Positions 19,931 through 29,460 of a stretch of 64,000 nt of DNA are shown in pieces. Under the pieces are notes generated by a model. It did no database searches and was not told the DNA's origin. It saw only the letters and a list, made by a program, of their open reading frames with translations. Within the stretch, counting starts at the first letter, position 1; each line of letters opens with the position of its first letter. Position numbers and translations under genes: made by a program. The stretch is from the NCBI GenBank assembly GCA_910587625.1, contig CAJUMW010000002.1, positions 86,002 through 150,001 on the forward strand, in the 5' to 3' direction. Source of the DNA: an uncultured Christensenellaceae bacterium. Its GTDB lineage: Bacteria; Bacillota; Clostridia; Christensenellales; Borkfalkiaceae.

Positions 19931-21031
19931 ATGTTTAAAGCGGATGATTACAGATTAAAACTTAAAGCGCTTGCCGACACGCTTTCCGAAGCGAAGTATG
20001 CGCTGGATATCGACAACCTCGGGGAAAAGCTTGAAAAATTGAAAGCCGAGCAGGAGCTGCCCGAAGTCTGGCAGGACTTGGAAAAGTCAAAGAAAATCGG
20101 CAGGGAAATTTCCTCGGTCGAGGGCAAGATAGCGTCGTACAGGGGCGGAGAAAGCGCGCTTCAAGACGCGTACGCTTTTATCGACTTAATCGAAGAGGCG
20201 GACGACGAAAGCCTTATTCCCGAGCTTGAAAGTATGATTTCTACGGCGGAAGAGGACATTGAAAATATGCGCATACGCGCACTTCTTCGCGGCAAGTACG
20301 ACGCAAACAACGCAATTTTGAACCTGCACTCGGGCGCAGGCGGCACCGAGGCTTGCGATTGGACTTCTATGCTGTACAGAATGTATATCCGCTATTGCGA
20401 GCAACAGGGCTTTAAAGTTACCCAGCTCGACTTCGAGGACGGTGACGAAGCGGGATTGAAGAGCGTGTCGTTCAAGGTTGACGGTGAAAATGCCTACGGC
20501 TTTTTAAAGGCTGAAAAGGGCGTGCACAGGCTTGTAAGAATTTCCCCGTTCGACTCAAACAAGCGCAGGCATACTTCATTTGCCTCGCTCGAAGTTATGC
20601 CCGAAGTCGATGACGACGCCGCGGTGGAAATACGCGACGAGGACATCAGAATAGACGTTTTCCGCGCTTCCGGCGCAGGCGGTCAAAAGGTAAACAAAAC
20701 CGAAACCGCGATAAGAATAACCCACTTCCCCACGGGTATTGTTGTTACCTGTCAGAACGAGCGCAGCCAGTTGCAGAACAAGGCTATGGCGTTCGAGTAT
20801 CTTAGGGCAAAGCTCGTTGAAAGGCAGATTGCCGAGCGCGAAGCCGCAGACGCCGAAATTAAGGGGGAAATCAAAAAAATAGAATGGGGCAGTCAGATAC
20901 GGTCATACGTTTTCTGCCCGTATACGCTCGTCAAAGACCACAGAACGGGGTTTGAAAACACCAACGTTCAGGCGGTTATGGACGGGGACATTCAGGGCTT
21001 TATTATCGACTACCTTAAAAAGACGGTATAA
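19931..21031 (+). CDS. prfB: Peptide chain release factor 2, encoded in a single frame
   Basis: 366 aa. SPF tripeptide (RISPFDS) and GGQ (SGAGGQKVNKTETA). The usual CTT TGA C recoding site position is occupied by in-frame YALD. Confidence 0.92.
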   Translation: MFKADDYRLKLKALADTLSEAKYALDIDNLGEKLEKLKAEQELPEVWQDLEKSKKIGREISSVEGKIASYRGGESALQDAYAFIDLIEEADDESLIPELESMISTAEEDIENMRIRALLRGKYDANNAILNLHSGAGGTEACDWTSMLYRMYIRYCEQQGFKVTQLDFEDGDEAGLKSVSFKVDGENAYGFLKAEKGVHRLVRISPFDSNKRRHTSFASLEVMPEVDDDAAVEIRDEDIRIDVFRASGAGGQKVNKTETAIRITHFPTGIVVTCQNERSQLQNKAMAFEYLRAKLVERQIAEREAADAEIKGEIKKIEWGSQIRSYVFCPYTLVKDHRTGFENTNVQAVMDGDIQGFIIDYLKKTV

Positions 21032-21036
21032 AAGCT

Positions 21037-22074
21037 ATGTACGATATTTCCAAATTTCAAATTAAAGAAAACCCCGTTATCCTGGGGCTCGAGTCGAGCT
21101 GCGACGAAACCGCTGCGGCGGTAATACGCGGCAGGGAGCTGTTATCAAGCAAGATAATTTCCTCCGCAACCGAACAGTCTAAGTTCGGCGGGGTCGTTCC
21201 CGAAATAGCTTCTCGCGCGCATACCGAGGCTGTCGACGAGGTGGTGGCTCAGGCGCTTGCCGAAGCGCACGTTTCGGTAAACGAACTTGACGCCGTGGCT
21301 GTGACTTACGGCGCAGGGCTTCTCGGCGCTCTGCTTGTCGGGCTGTCGTTTGCCAAATCGCTTGCGTACTCGCTAAATATTCCGCTTATTGCGGTAAATC
21401 ATATCCGCGGTCATATGGCGGCGGCGTATCTCATCGATAAGCAGTTGAAGCCGCCATTTGTCACTTTGCTTGCAAGCGGCGGTCACACGGCTATCTTACA
21501 CACTAAGTCTTTTACCGAGTTCGAAATACTCGGCGGTACTTGCGACGACGCCGCGGGAGAAGCGTTCGACAAGGTTGCTAGGGTGCTTTCTCTGCCCTAT
21601 CCCGGCGGAGTGAACGTGGAAAGGCTTGCAAAAAGCGGCAAAAACAATATTGCCTTTCCCAAATGCCTTGTCAAAAATTCAAAGTCGCTGCAATTTTCGT
21701 ACAGCGGCTTAAAGACCGCGGTAATAAACTATTGTCACAACCTCGAACAGAAGGGGGAAAGCGTAGTGCGCGAGGACGTGGCGGCTTCCTTTGAGTTTGC
21801 GGCGGTGCAACCGCTGGTTCAAAAGACGGTCGAGTGCGCAAAACTGCTTGGCGTCGGCACGGTTACGGCAGGCGGCGGAGTTATAGCCAACGGATACCTC
21901 AGGGAAATGCTTAAAAAGGAGTGCGACCGCGAAAATTTAAGGCTTGTGTTGCCCGAAAAGGCGTACTGTACCGACAACGCGGCTATGATTGCCGCAGAGG
22001 GGCTGATAGGTTATATGAACGGTAATTTTGCTTCGCTCGATATCAACGCGAGGGCGCAGATACCTTTAAAATAA
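21037..22074 (+). CDS. tsaD: tRNA N6-adenosine threonylcarbamoyltransferase
   Basis: 345 aa. ILGLESSCDETAAAV, NHIRGH, GGGVIAN motifs of the Kae1/TsaD family. Confidence 0.92.
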   Translation: MYDISKFQIKENPVILGLESSCDETAAAVIRGRELLSSKIISSATEQSKFGGVVPEIASRAHTEAVDEVVAQALAEAHVSVNELDAVAVTYGAGLLGALLVGLSFAKSLAYSLNIPLIAVNHIRGHMAAAYLIDKQLKPPFVTLLASGGHTAILHTKSFTEFEILGGTCDDAAGEAFDKVARVLSLPYPGGVNVERLAKSGKNNIAFPKCLVKNSKSLQFSYSGLKTAVINYCHNLEQKGESVVREDVAASFEFAAVQPLVQKTVECAKLLGVGTVTAGGGVIANGYLREMLKKECDRENLRLVLPEKAYCTDNAAMIAAEGLIGYMNGNFASLDINARAQIPLK

Positions 22075-22085
22075 AAAAGTAGCGA

Positions 22086-22118
22086 TTGCGGCGTAGGTAA
22101 ACGCCGCAACATTTTTTT
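22086..22118 (+). terminator. Intrinsic terminator after tsaD
   Basis: TTGCGGCG-taggtaaa-CGCCGCAA-ca-TTTTTTT. Confidence 0.72.
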
Positions 22119-22216
22119 GGCGGGGCAAAATTTTCCAAACGATTGCCGCTCGGCTTGCCGCAACAATACGGTTAAATACTTGCTAATTTCAATAAAATAT
22201 GCTATAATTTTTGACA

Positions 22217-23614
22217 ATGAAAAGACGGACGTTTTTAATTTTTTGTATAATAATTTCCGTATTCGCAGCGTTTACCGCGCTTTACGGCTGTCAATTTAAG
22301 CTGGACGTCGAAAAGCCGCACGAGCACGCCTTTGTCGAAAGCGTAGTTGCGCCTACTTGTACGCAAAAGGGCTATACGCTTCACTCCTGCAACTGCGGAG
22401 AAACATATACAGACAATTTTATAGAAAGTACGGGACATTCCCCCGTTGAAGTCGAATACTCCGCGCCCACTTGCTCGGCAGAGGGCACTACGGGCGGCAA
22501 GCGCTGCGAAGTTTGCGGCGCGGCTATCGAGGGGTGCGAAGTTATCGAAAAGCTTCCGCATACCGTCGTCTATACGCAAGGAAAAAGCGCAACCTGCACC
22601 GAGGACGGATATTCTTCTGGCGCAAGTTGCAGTGTATGCAATGAAGTCATTTTGGAAAGACAGCCCATTAAAGCCAAGGGACACCGCGTTCGTCGCGGAG
22701 AAAAAACTCAAAACCGCGCAGAGTGCGCAGTCTGCAACAGCTATTATACCCCCAGACTTGGCAACAGCGCGTTCGGGTATTACGATTTTTATTACACCTC
22801 CAACGGCGCGGCAAAGCAACAGCTATATTACGACATATATCTTGCGTGCGAAAGGCTTGTTTCCGGTTGCGACGACCTGCAATCTTCATTTGCGGAGGAC
22901 GGGGACGGCAACAGAATCGTATATTATCCCGTTGACGAAATCGAACTGACGGGGCGTAACCTCACCAACGAGGAGGCTGTGGCAGTTTGGCAGGTGTTCT
23001 ACTTTGAAAATCCCGCATATTATTGGCTGAAAAACGACTTGCTGATTATAAATAAAATTTCGTCGGAGGACGAAAGCGTAATTGCGCTTGTTCTTATGGC
23101 GGACGAGGACTATGTCGAATACTCCGCCCGTGCCGAAATGGATTTAAAAATCAGAGATATGGAGGCTGAGTGCGCAAAGTATATAGACGGCAGCTCATCC
23201 GAAAGACAGAAGGCGTTAAAAATACACGACTATATAGTCAATAAAATAGATTACGCGTATAAAGACGGCACAAACAAGCCCGAGGACGCAGGCTGGGCGC
23301 ACAGCATTGTCGGCGTTGCGGACAAGGGATTGGGCGTTTGCGAGGCGTATGCAAAGACGTTTTTGTATCTTTGCGAGGTGTACGACGTCAACTGCGTGAT
23401 AGTTGCAGGCTGGGCAAACGAAGAGCACGCTTGGAACTATATTCAAATCGACGGCAGTTGGTACGGTGCGGACTTGACCTGGGACGACGGTAAGACGATA
23501 ACTTATAAGTACTTCGGCGCGTCGGAAACCGATATGTCAAAGGAGCACCGCCCCTATTTTTCACAGGACGGCTATTACGATTTGCCGACTTTGAGCAAGA
23601 ATAATTTAAATTAA
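22217..23614 (+). CDS. Lipoprotein with three Cys-rich repeats and a C-terminal transglutaminase-like cysteine-protease fold
   Basis: ATG at 22217. Signal plus lipobox (FTALYGC). Three repeats of H..(A/S)PTC(T/S)..G(Y/T)....C..C. C-terminal GVCEAYAKTF..EHAWNYI..GADLTWDD gives a Cys-His-Asp arrangement. Confidence 0.72.
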   Translation: MKRRTFLIFCIIISVFAAFTALYGCQFKLDVEKPHEHAFVESVVAPTCTQKGYTLHSCNCGETYTDNFIESTGHSPVEVEYSAPTCSAEGTTGGKRCEVCGAAIEGCEVIEKLPHTVVYTQGKSATCTEDGYSSGASCSVCNEVILERQPIKAKGHRVRRGEKTQNRAECAVCNSYYTPRLGNSAFGYYDFYYTSNGAAKQQLYYDIYLACERLVSGCDDLQSSFAEDGDGNRIVYYPVDEIELTGRNLTNEEAVAVWQVFYFENPAYYWLKNDLLIINKISSEDESVIALVLMADEDYVEYSARAEMDLKIRDMEAECAKYIDGSSSERQKALKIHDYIVNKIDYAYKDGTNKPEDAGWAHSIVGVADKGLGVCEAYAKTFLYLCEVYDVNCVIVAGWANEEHAWNYIQIDGSWYGADLTWDDGKTITYKYFGASETDMSKEHRPYFSQDGYYDLPTLSKNNLN

Positions 23615-23638
23615 TATTACTGCATACAGGAGTTTATT

Positions 23639-26600
23639 ATGTACAAGAAAGTGGACACGTCCTTGAACTTTATCGAGCGTGAAAAGCAAGTTATCGAGTT
23701 TTGGAAGGATAATAAAATTTTTGAGCAGTCGATAGAAAAAAACGACGGCAATAAAGAATTTTCTTTCTACGACGGCCCCCCTACGGCAAACGGAAAGCCG
23801 CACGTCGGGCATATTCTTACGCGCGTTATGAAGGATTTGATTCCCAGATATCAGACTATGAAGGGCAAGCACGTTTTAAGAAAGGCGGGCTGGGATACCC
23901 ACGGTCTGCCCGTAGAGCTCGAGGTGGAAAAACTTCTCGGTCTTGACGGCAAACAACAGATTGAAAATTACGGTATCGAGCCGTTTATCTCGCAGTGCAA
24001 ACAGTCGGTTTGGAAATACAAGGGCGAGTGGGAAAAGATGAGCGACAGAGTGGGTTATTGGGTGGATATGGACAACCCCTATGTGACCTACGACGATAAA
24101 TATATCGAGTCCGAATGGTGGGCGTTGAAGGAAATGCACAAAAAAGGGCTGCTATACAAGGGGCACAAAATAGTTCCCTATTGCCCGAGGTGCGGAACTG
24201 CGCTTTCCTCGCACGAGGTCGCTCAGGGCTATAAGATTGTAAAGGAGAACTCCGCCGTTGCAAGGTTTAAGGTAAAGGGCAGTAAAAACCGCTATATTCT
24301 TGCCTGGACCACAACGCCCTGGACGTTGCCTTCAAACGTGGCGCTCTGCGTTAATCCCGACGAGCAGTACGTCGAAATAGAGAGCGAGGGCGTAAACTAT
24401 ATTCTTGCGGAAGCGCTTGTGGGCAAATTCTTCGAGGAATATAAGCTTATATCCAAACAATGCGGCAAGCAGCTCGAATATCTCGAATACGAGCCGCTTT
24501 TCGAGGAAACTACTGCGGAAATTGCGCGTATTTCTCCCAACAACGCAAGCATAAAGGCGCACTTTGTCGTTTGCGACGGCTACGTCACTATGGGTGACGG
24601 CACGGGCGTGGTTCACATTGCGCCGGCGTTCGGCGAGGACGACTATAAAGTAGGTAAAAAATACAACTTGCCCGTAGTTCAGCTTGTAAACGAGCGCGGC
24701 TGTTTTGACGAAAGGTTTGCCTCTCTTTCGGGCGTGTTTGCAAAAAAAGCCGACAAAGCCATACTTGAAAGACTGACAGACAGCGGACTTTTATTTAAAG
24801 TGATACCTTTCGAGCACGACTATCCCCATTGTTGGAGGTGCGATACGCCGCTTCTGTACTATGCAAAGTCGAGCTGGTTTATAGAGGTAACAAAGGTCAA
24901 GGACGACATAATAAAAGCCAACCGTTCGGTAAATTGGATGCCCGACAACATAAAAGAGGGCAGAATGGGCAACTTTCTTGAAAACGTAATCGATTGGGGT
25001 CTGTCGCGCGACAGATATTGGGGAACGCCCCTGCCCGTATGGATTTGCCCCGACTGCGGAGAGATAGAGGTAATTGGCAGCAAAGCCGAACTAAAAGAGA
25101 AGTGCGGACTTGACAAAAATGCTGATATCGAGCTGCACCGCCCCTATCTTGACAAATTAACTTGCAAATGCCAAAAGTGCGGCGGTAAAATGTCGAGAAC
25201 GCACGAGGTTATCGACTGCTGGTTTGATTCGGGTTCGATGCCTTTTGCGCAGTATCACTATCCGTTTGAAAATAAAGATTTATTCGACGAAACATTTCCT
25301 GCGGACTTTATTTCAGAGGCAGTTGATCAGACTCGCGGTTGGTTCTATACTCTGCTTGTAATAAACACCATACTTTTCGGCAAGGCGCCCTTTAAAAACT
25401 GTATTGTCTTGGGGCACGTCAACGACAAAAACGGCATAAAAATGTCAAAGCACAAGGGCAACGTAGTTGACCCGTGGAGCGTTCTCGACAAACAGGGCGC
25501 CGACGCGGTGCGCTGGTATTTCTATTCTTCGAGCGCGCCCTGGCTGCCTTCGCGCTTCTCGGAAGAAACCGTAAGCGAGGCGCAGAGGAAGTATATAGGC
25601 ACGCTGTGGAACACTTACGCTTTCTTTACGCTGTATGCCGAAATCGACAAGTACGACCCGTCCGAATACAGTTTAAAGAACTGTAAACTTTCTTTAATGG
25701 ATAGGTGGATTTTATCGAAGCTCAACTCGCTTATAAAATTCATCGACGAAAGCTTGGCAAACTACGAAATTTGCGAAAGCTCGCGTAAATTGCAGGATTT
25801 TTCGGACGTGCTTTCAAATTGGTATGTGCGCCGCTGCCGCGACAGGTATTGGGGTGCGGATATGACCGACGACAAGGCGGCGGCTTACACAACGCTTTAC
25901 ACCGTGCTTGTAACGCTTGCAAAGCTCACCGCGCCTTATACTCCGTTTATTGCCGAGATGATGTACCAAAACCTTGTTCCGTCGTTCTATGCAAGCGAGC
26001 CCAAGTCGGTACATTTGTGTTCCTTCCCCGTTGCGGACGAAAGCTTTATAGACAAAAAGTTAGAGGACGCAATGGACGAAGTTACCGAAATAGTAATTTT
26101 GGGCAGAGCGGCAAGAAATACCGGCAACCTCAAAAACCGCCAACCGCTTTCCGAAATGTACGTCGTAACCGACAGAGATATTGCCCTCGACGACGAAGAG
26201 GTTTGCGTTGTTTTGGACGAGCTGAACGTCAAAAGCTTGAAAACGTCAAAAGACGCCGACAAATTTTTAAGTTATAAATTAAAGCCCCAGCTTAAAACGC
26301 TTGGGCCCAAATACGGCAAGCAGCTTGGATTGATTTCAAAATTCCTTGCCGAATGCGACGGAAAAGAGGTTGTAAACGCCGTTAAACGTGACGGTTCGTA
26401 TACAATAAGCGGCACGGATATCGAACTCAAATTGGAGGATTTGCAAATTTTTCCTCAAAGCGCGCAAGGCTATATAGCCGCTGAGGACAGGGGTATTACC
26501 GTGGCGTTGAACTCGCAACTTTCCGAAGAACTCATTTTAGAGGGTATCGAGCGCGAGCTTGTTTCCAAAATTCAGAATATGAGAAAGGAAGCCGGCTTTG

Positions 26601-26782
26601 AAGTAACCGACAGAATAGAGGTATATTTCAAGGCTGACGGAAAGGCATTGCAGGTTTTGAAAGCTGCGGCGTTTGCGGTCGACGTACTTGCCGAAAAAGT
26701 GGAAGATGGCACAGCGGACGGGTTTACGCGCGATCAGAACGTAAACGGAGAAAAAGTAACTTTGACGCTTGTGCGCAAATAG
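23639..26782 (+). CDS. ileS: Isoleucine--tRNA ligase (long, type-2-like form)
   Basis: 1047 aa. HIGH-type PPTANGKPHVGH, KMSKHKGN (KMSKS), CP1 editing-domain pattern, Cys clusters CPRCG / CPDCG. Confidence 0.95.
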   Translation: MYKKVDTSLNFIEREKQVIEFWKDNKIFEQSIEKNDGNKEFSFYDGPPTANGKPHVGHILTRVMKDLIPRYQTMKGKHVLRKAGWDTHGLPVELEVEKLLGLDGKQQIENYGIEPFISQCKQSVWKYKGEWEKMSDRVGYWVDMDNPYVTYDDKYIESEWWALKEMHKKGLLYKGHKIVPYCPRCGTALSSHEVAQGYKIVKENSAVARFKVKGSKNRYILAWTTTPWTLPSNVALCVNPDEQYVEIESEGVNYILAEALVGKFFEEYKLISKQCGKQLEYLEYEPLFEETTAEIARISPNNASIKAHFVVCDGYVTMGDGTGVVHIAPAFGEDDYKVGKKYNLPVVQLVNERGCFDERFASLSGVFAKKADKAILERLTDSGLLFKVIPFEHDYPHCWRCDTPLLYYAKSSWFIEVTKVKDDIIKANRSVNWMPDNIKEGRMGNFLENVIDWGLSRDRYWGTPLPVWICPDCGEIEVIGSKAELKEKCGLDKNADIELHRPYLDKLTCKCQKCGGKMSRTHEVIDCWFDSGSMPFAQYHYPFENKDLFDETFPADFISEAVDQTRGWFYTLLVINTILFGKAPFKNCIVLGHVNDKNGIKMSKHKGNVVDPWSVLDKQGADAVRWYFYSSSAPWLPSRFSEETVSEAQRKYIGTLWNTYAFFTLYAEIDKYDPSEYSLKNCKLSLMDRWILSKLNSLIKFIDESLANYEICESSRKLQDFSDVLSNWYVRRCRDRYWGADMTDDKAAAYTTLYTVLVTLAKLTAPYTPFIAEMMYQNLVPSFYASEPKSVHLCSFPVADESFIDKKLEDAMDEVTEIVILGRAARNTGNLKNRQPLSEMYVVTDRDIALDDEEVCVVLDELNVKSLKTSKDADKFLSYKLKPQLKTLGPKYGKQLGLISKFLAECDGKEVVNAVKRDGSYTISGTDIELKLEDLQIFPQSAQGYIAAEDRGITVALNSQLSEELILEGIERELVSKIQNMRKEAGFEVTDRIEVYFKADGKALQVLKAAAFAVDVLAEKVEDGTADGFTRDQNVNGEKVTLTLVRK

Positions 26783-26785
26783 AAA

Positions 26786-27577
26786 ATGTACGATATCGCA
26801 AACAAATTAAAGCAATTAAGAATAAAAAATAAGGTTTCGCAGGACGAGCTTGCCGACGGCATTTTGGTATCGCGTCAGACAATATCCAAATGGGAAAACG
26901 GCGTTGTTTTGCCTAGCCTCGATAATCTGCAAGCGCTGTGTGCATTTTTCAAAGTTGAAATAAATTATTTTTTCGATGAAAAATACGACGTGCGCAACGG
27001 CGCGGAGGAAGAGGGCGCTACAACAATTTCTGCGCAAGAAGAGGGTAAGAGCTCTATCCGCCGTTCAAGGTCTACGGAAAAATATTTTCGTATAATTCTT
27101 TCGTGCTTCGGCTCTGTCGATTTTGCCCTTCAAGCAATACTTGTAGGATTTTTATGTATTTATTTCCCGACTTTCGGGCGTAAAGACGTAGCGCCTATTG
27201 TGTATATTTCGTTGCCGCTAACTGTGACCATTATAATACTTTTTTGCATATTTTGCGCATTTACGGCGTTTTCAGCTTTAAAGTATATTAAATATAGACG
27301 CGCAGTTTATGGGAAACGTATTATTGTAGCCGCCAGGCGTTCGCAAATTGCAGACTGCCTATATCCAGTTGCGCTTGTTTTTTTAGCGCTTTGCGATATT
27401 GTTTTGGAAGTTATTGTAATAGCTTTTAGCTGTTTGTGTATTTTCGAGACCACGCACTTTGAATTTATTGTCGTAATTTCAATTGCACTTGCCGCATTTT
27501 TGATATTTACAGGTTTGACTGTGTTCACTATATTCAAGTTTGTAAAGTACAGGCGGTCAATAAGTATTTCAGAATAA
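26786..27577 (+). CDS. XRE-family HTH domain fused to a multi-pass membrane domain
   Basis: The N-terminus LKQLRIKNKVSQDELADGILVSRQTISKWENG is a Cro/C1-type HTH. It is followed by at least 4 hydrophobic helices. Confidence 0.8.
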   Translation: MYDIANKLKQLRIKNKVSQDELADGILVSRQTISKWENGVVLPSLDNLQALCAFFKVEINYFFDEKYDVRNGAEEEGATTISAQEEGKSSIRRSRSTEKYFRIILSCFGSVDFALQAILVGFLCIYFPTFGRKDVAPIVYISLPLTVTIIILFCIFCAFTAFSALKYIKYRRAVYGKRIIVAARRSQIADCLYPVALVFLALCDIVLEVIVIAFSCLCIFETTHFEFIVVISIALAAFLIFTGLTVFTIFKFVKYRRSISISE

Positions 27578-27590
27578 ATTTTTGTAAATA

Positions 27591-27617
27591 AAACCACGCA
27601 AAATTGCGTGGTTTTTT
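27591..27617 (+). terminator. Intrinsic terminator
   Basis: AAACCACGCA-aaat-TGCGTGGTTT followed by TTTT. Confidence 0.8.
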
Positions 27618-27930
27618 ATTTTTACGACGTTTGTAAACAACCTTTTACACTAATGTAAACAAGTTTATAGCTTAAAGTTAATGATTTATTAAATTTTCGT
27701 GCTATAATTTGATCGTAAATATTTACGTACGCCCGGTCATAGCTTGGGTCTTTGTGTGGTTGCCGATGTGTTTAAAGTAACTTATGAAACTTGGAAATAT
27801 GATGATTGGTGGTGGGGAGATTTAGAAGTTGATAATATAGAAAAAAACAAACTGCTTATCTAACATACGCACCCATGATAACAATATTATATGATGAAAA
27901 ACCTGTATTAAAAGATATGGTGGAAATAAA

Positions 27931-28554
27931 ATGAAAAAAGTATTGATTGCAGTTTTAAGTTTATTAATAATTGTAATAAGCTTGAGCGGTTGCGGGTATA
28001 AGCCTGAGGCGGAGTATTACTTTGAAATAGGAGATGTCTATCGTGTAATCGAGCTTGAAAATGCCGAACCGGAACATAAGGAAAAGTTCGGATTGGAGGC
28101 TTATAATTATATTTTGTTTAGCGAAAATGAGAAAAACGACAGTAAATTGAAACTTACTATAAATTCGTTTTACATAACAAACGATATATTGTTTGATAAC
28201 ATAGCGGCATTAAATAGAGGCGGGGTGGAGGTTGTATATAATTATTTGGGGATAAGACCAAATAAATTGAAAAATGATTTAACTGCATGTTTTAAGACCG
28301 GATTTTATTCTTATTGTGGAAAAACAGCCGCTTCTGTAACTATTGACGTTGAAAAAGATACAATAGATTTTAATGCCGATAAACTGTTTGGGCAAATTGC
28401 AGATGTGGATATTTATACCTTTAAATATACGGATTTATCTGTTATAGACGGTAGCGAGATGGATAACGGTAGTTTTAAAATTATTATAGTTACAGGTAAT
28501 TATTATGTCGGTTATTTTTCAAATGACGATAACTTAGGAGTGAATTTAGTTTGA
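27931..28554 (+). CDS. Small lipoprotein, tandem paralogue 1
   Basis: Signal plus lipobox (LSGCGYKPEAEYYFEI). Shares KPEAEYYFEI, VYR.IEL.N..PEH.E.FGLE, ADVDIYTF.YTDL and FK.I.VTGN..GYF blocks with the next ORF. Confidence 0.75.
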   Translation: MKKVLIAVLSLLIIVISLSGCGYKPEAEYYFEIGDVYRVIELENAEPEHKEKFGLEAYNYILFSENEKNDSKLKLTINSFYITNDILFDNIAALNRGGVEVVYNYLGIRPNKLKNDLTACFKTGFYSYCGKTAASVTIDVEKDTIDFNADKLFGQIADVDIYTFKYTDLSVIDGSEMDNGSFKIIIVTGNYYVGYFSNDDNLGVNLV

Positions 28555-29198
28555 AAAAATTTTATGTTTTAATTGTAAGTATTATATTGACAATAGCGAT
28601 GTTATGTGGCTGCGCGTCTTTCAAGCCTGAGGCGGAGTATTATTTTGAAATAGATAGTTTTTATTCAGAGAATAACGTAACTAAAATATGCAAAGTCTAC
28701 CGCACAATAGAGCTAAAAAACGACAAACCCGAACATAGAGAAAACTTCGGTTTGGAAACGTTTCTGGTTGATATGAATACCGGTATATTTGATAGTTTAA
28801 CTATTACCGAAAACGTCAAACCCTGCTATGTTGAAAACGATTTGTTTTTCACTAAGCCGAACATTTTAAATAAAGAGGGGGTAGATGAAGTTTACAGATG
28901 TATTGGATTAGAAGTTCCCTTTACATTATGTGAAGAGCGAAATGATTGTTCAAGAACAGGATTATACACTTATAATGCAAAAATCAGCGGCGTTACGACT
29001 TCAATGAATTTTGATATGGTTGTAGAAAACGAGCGTTTACCCAAACGGATAGGCTATATGGCGGACGTGGATATTTATACTTTTACTTATACCGATTTAT
29101 TAAAAGAGGACGGTAGAGCAATAATAAGCGGAGAATTTAAAGTTATAGTAGTTACGGGTAACTCGCACTTGGGGTATTTTCAACCTGTTATTGTCTAA
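28551..29198 (+). CDS. Small lipoprotein, tandem paralogue 2
   Basis: Signal plus lipobox (MLCGCASFKPEAEYYFEI). 4-nt overlap with paralogue 1. Shares the conserved blocks listed for paralogue 1. Confidence 0.75.
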   Translation: MKKFYVLIVSIILTIAMLCGCASFKPEAEYYFEIDSFYSENNVTKICKVYRTIELKNDKPEHRENFGLETFLVDMNTGIFDSLTITENVKPCYVENDLFFTKPNILNKEGVDEVYRCIGLEVPFTLCEERNDCSRTGLYTYNAKISGVTTSMNFDMVVENERLPKRIGYMADVDIYTFTYTDLLKEDGRAIISGEFKVIVVTGNSHLGYFQPVIV

Positions 29199-29238
29199 AA
29201 ATCAACATTAAAACAGACAAACTCTCATAGTTTATTCT

Positions 29239-29460
29239 ATGAGAGTTTTTGATTTAAAGACGGGTGACAGCGCACAAATAGTAAAAATACAGTTGGACGG
29301 CGGCGCGTTGGAAAGATTAAACGCGCTGGGCATACGCGTGGGAGAAAGAATAGAGGTGCTCTCTTTTTCGCTGTTTAAAAGCAGTATCTTGATATCGTGC
29401 GCGGCAGTGCGCGTAGGGCTCAGGCGTTCGCTTGCGCAAAAAATAGAGGTGCGCGTATGA
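29239..29460 (+). CDS. feoA: Ferrous iron transport protein A
   Basis: 73 aa. SH3-like FeoA pattern L..L..G..A.I..I..GG...RL..LGI..G..I.V. ATGA overlap with feoB. Confidence 0.85.
   Translation: MRVFDLKTGDSAQIVKIQLDGGALERLNALGIRVGERIEVLSFSLFKSSILISCAAVRVGLRRSLAQKIEVRV

Noticed and set aside
19931-20020. prfB lacks the programmed +1 frameshift site found in many bacteria.
   Set aside because: The gene is a single intact ORF (YALD where L-stop-D would be). A substantial minority of bacteria encode RF2 without recoding, so this is a normal variant rather than an anomaly.
23615-23638. I looked for a T-box leader upstream of ileS and for purine riboswitches upstream of the permease (12264-12390) and ade (14158-14473).
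   Set aside because: Only 24 nt separate ileS from the upstream gene. The permease leader contains just a terminator and a promoter-like element. Neither purine-gene leader shows the conserved purine-aptamer core that I can recognise.
27744-27863. A 40-codon ORF ending ..WKYDDWWWGDLEVDNIEKNKLLI could be a real small gene.
   Set aside because: It has no ATG, no SD, and only TTG/GTG candidate starts. It is more likely a remnant of a degraded gene, and is mentioned only as context for the AT-rich islet.
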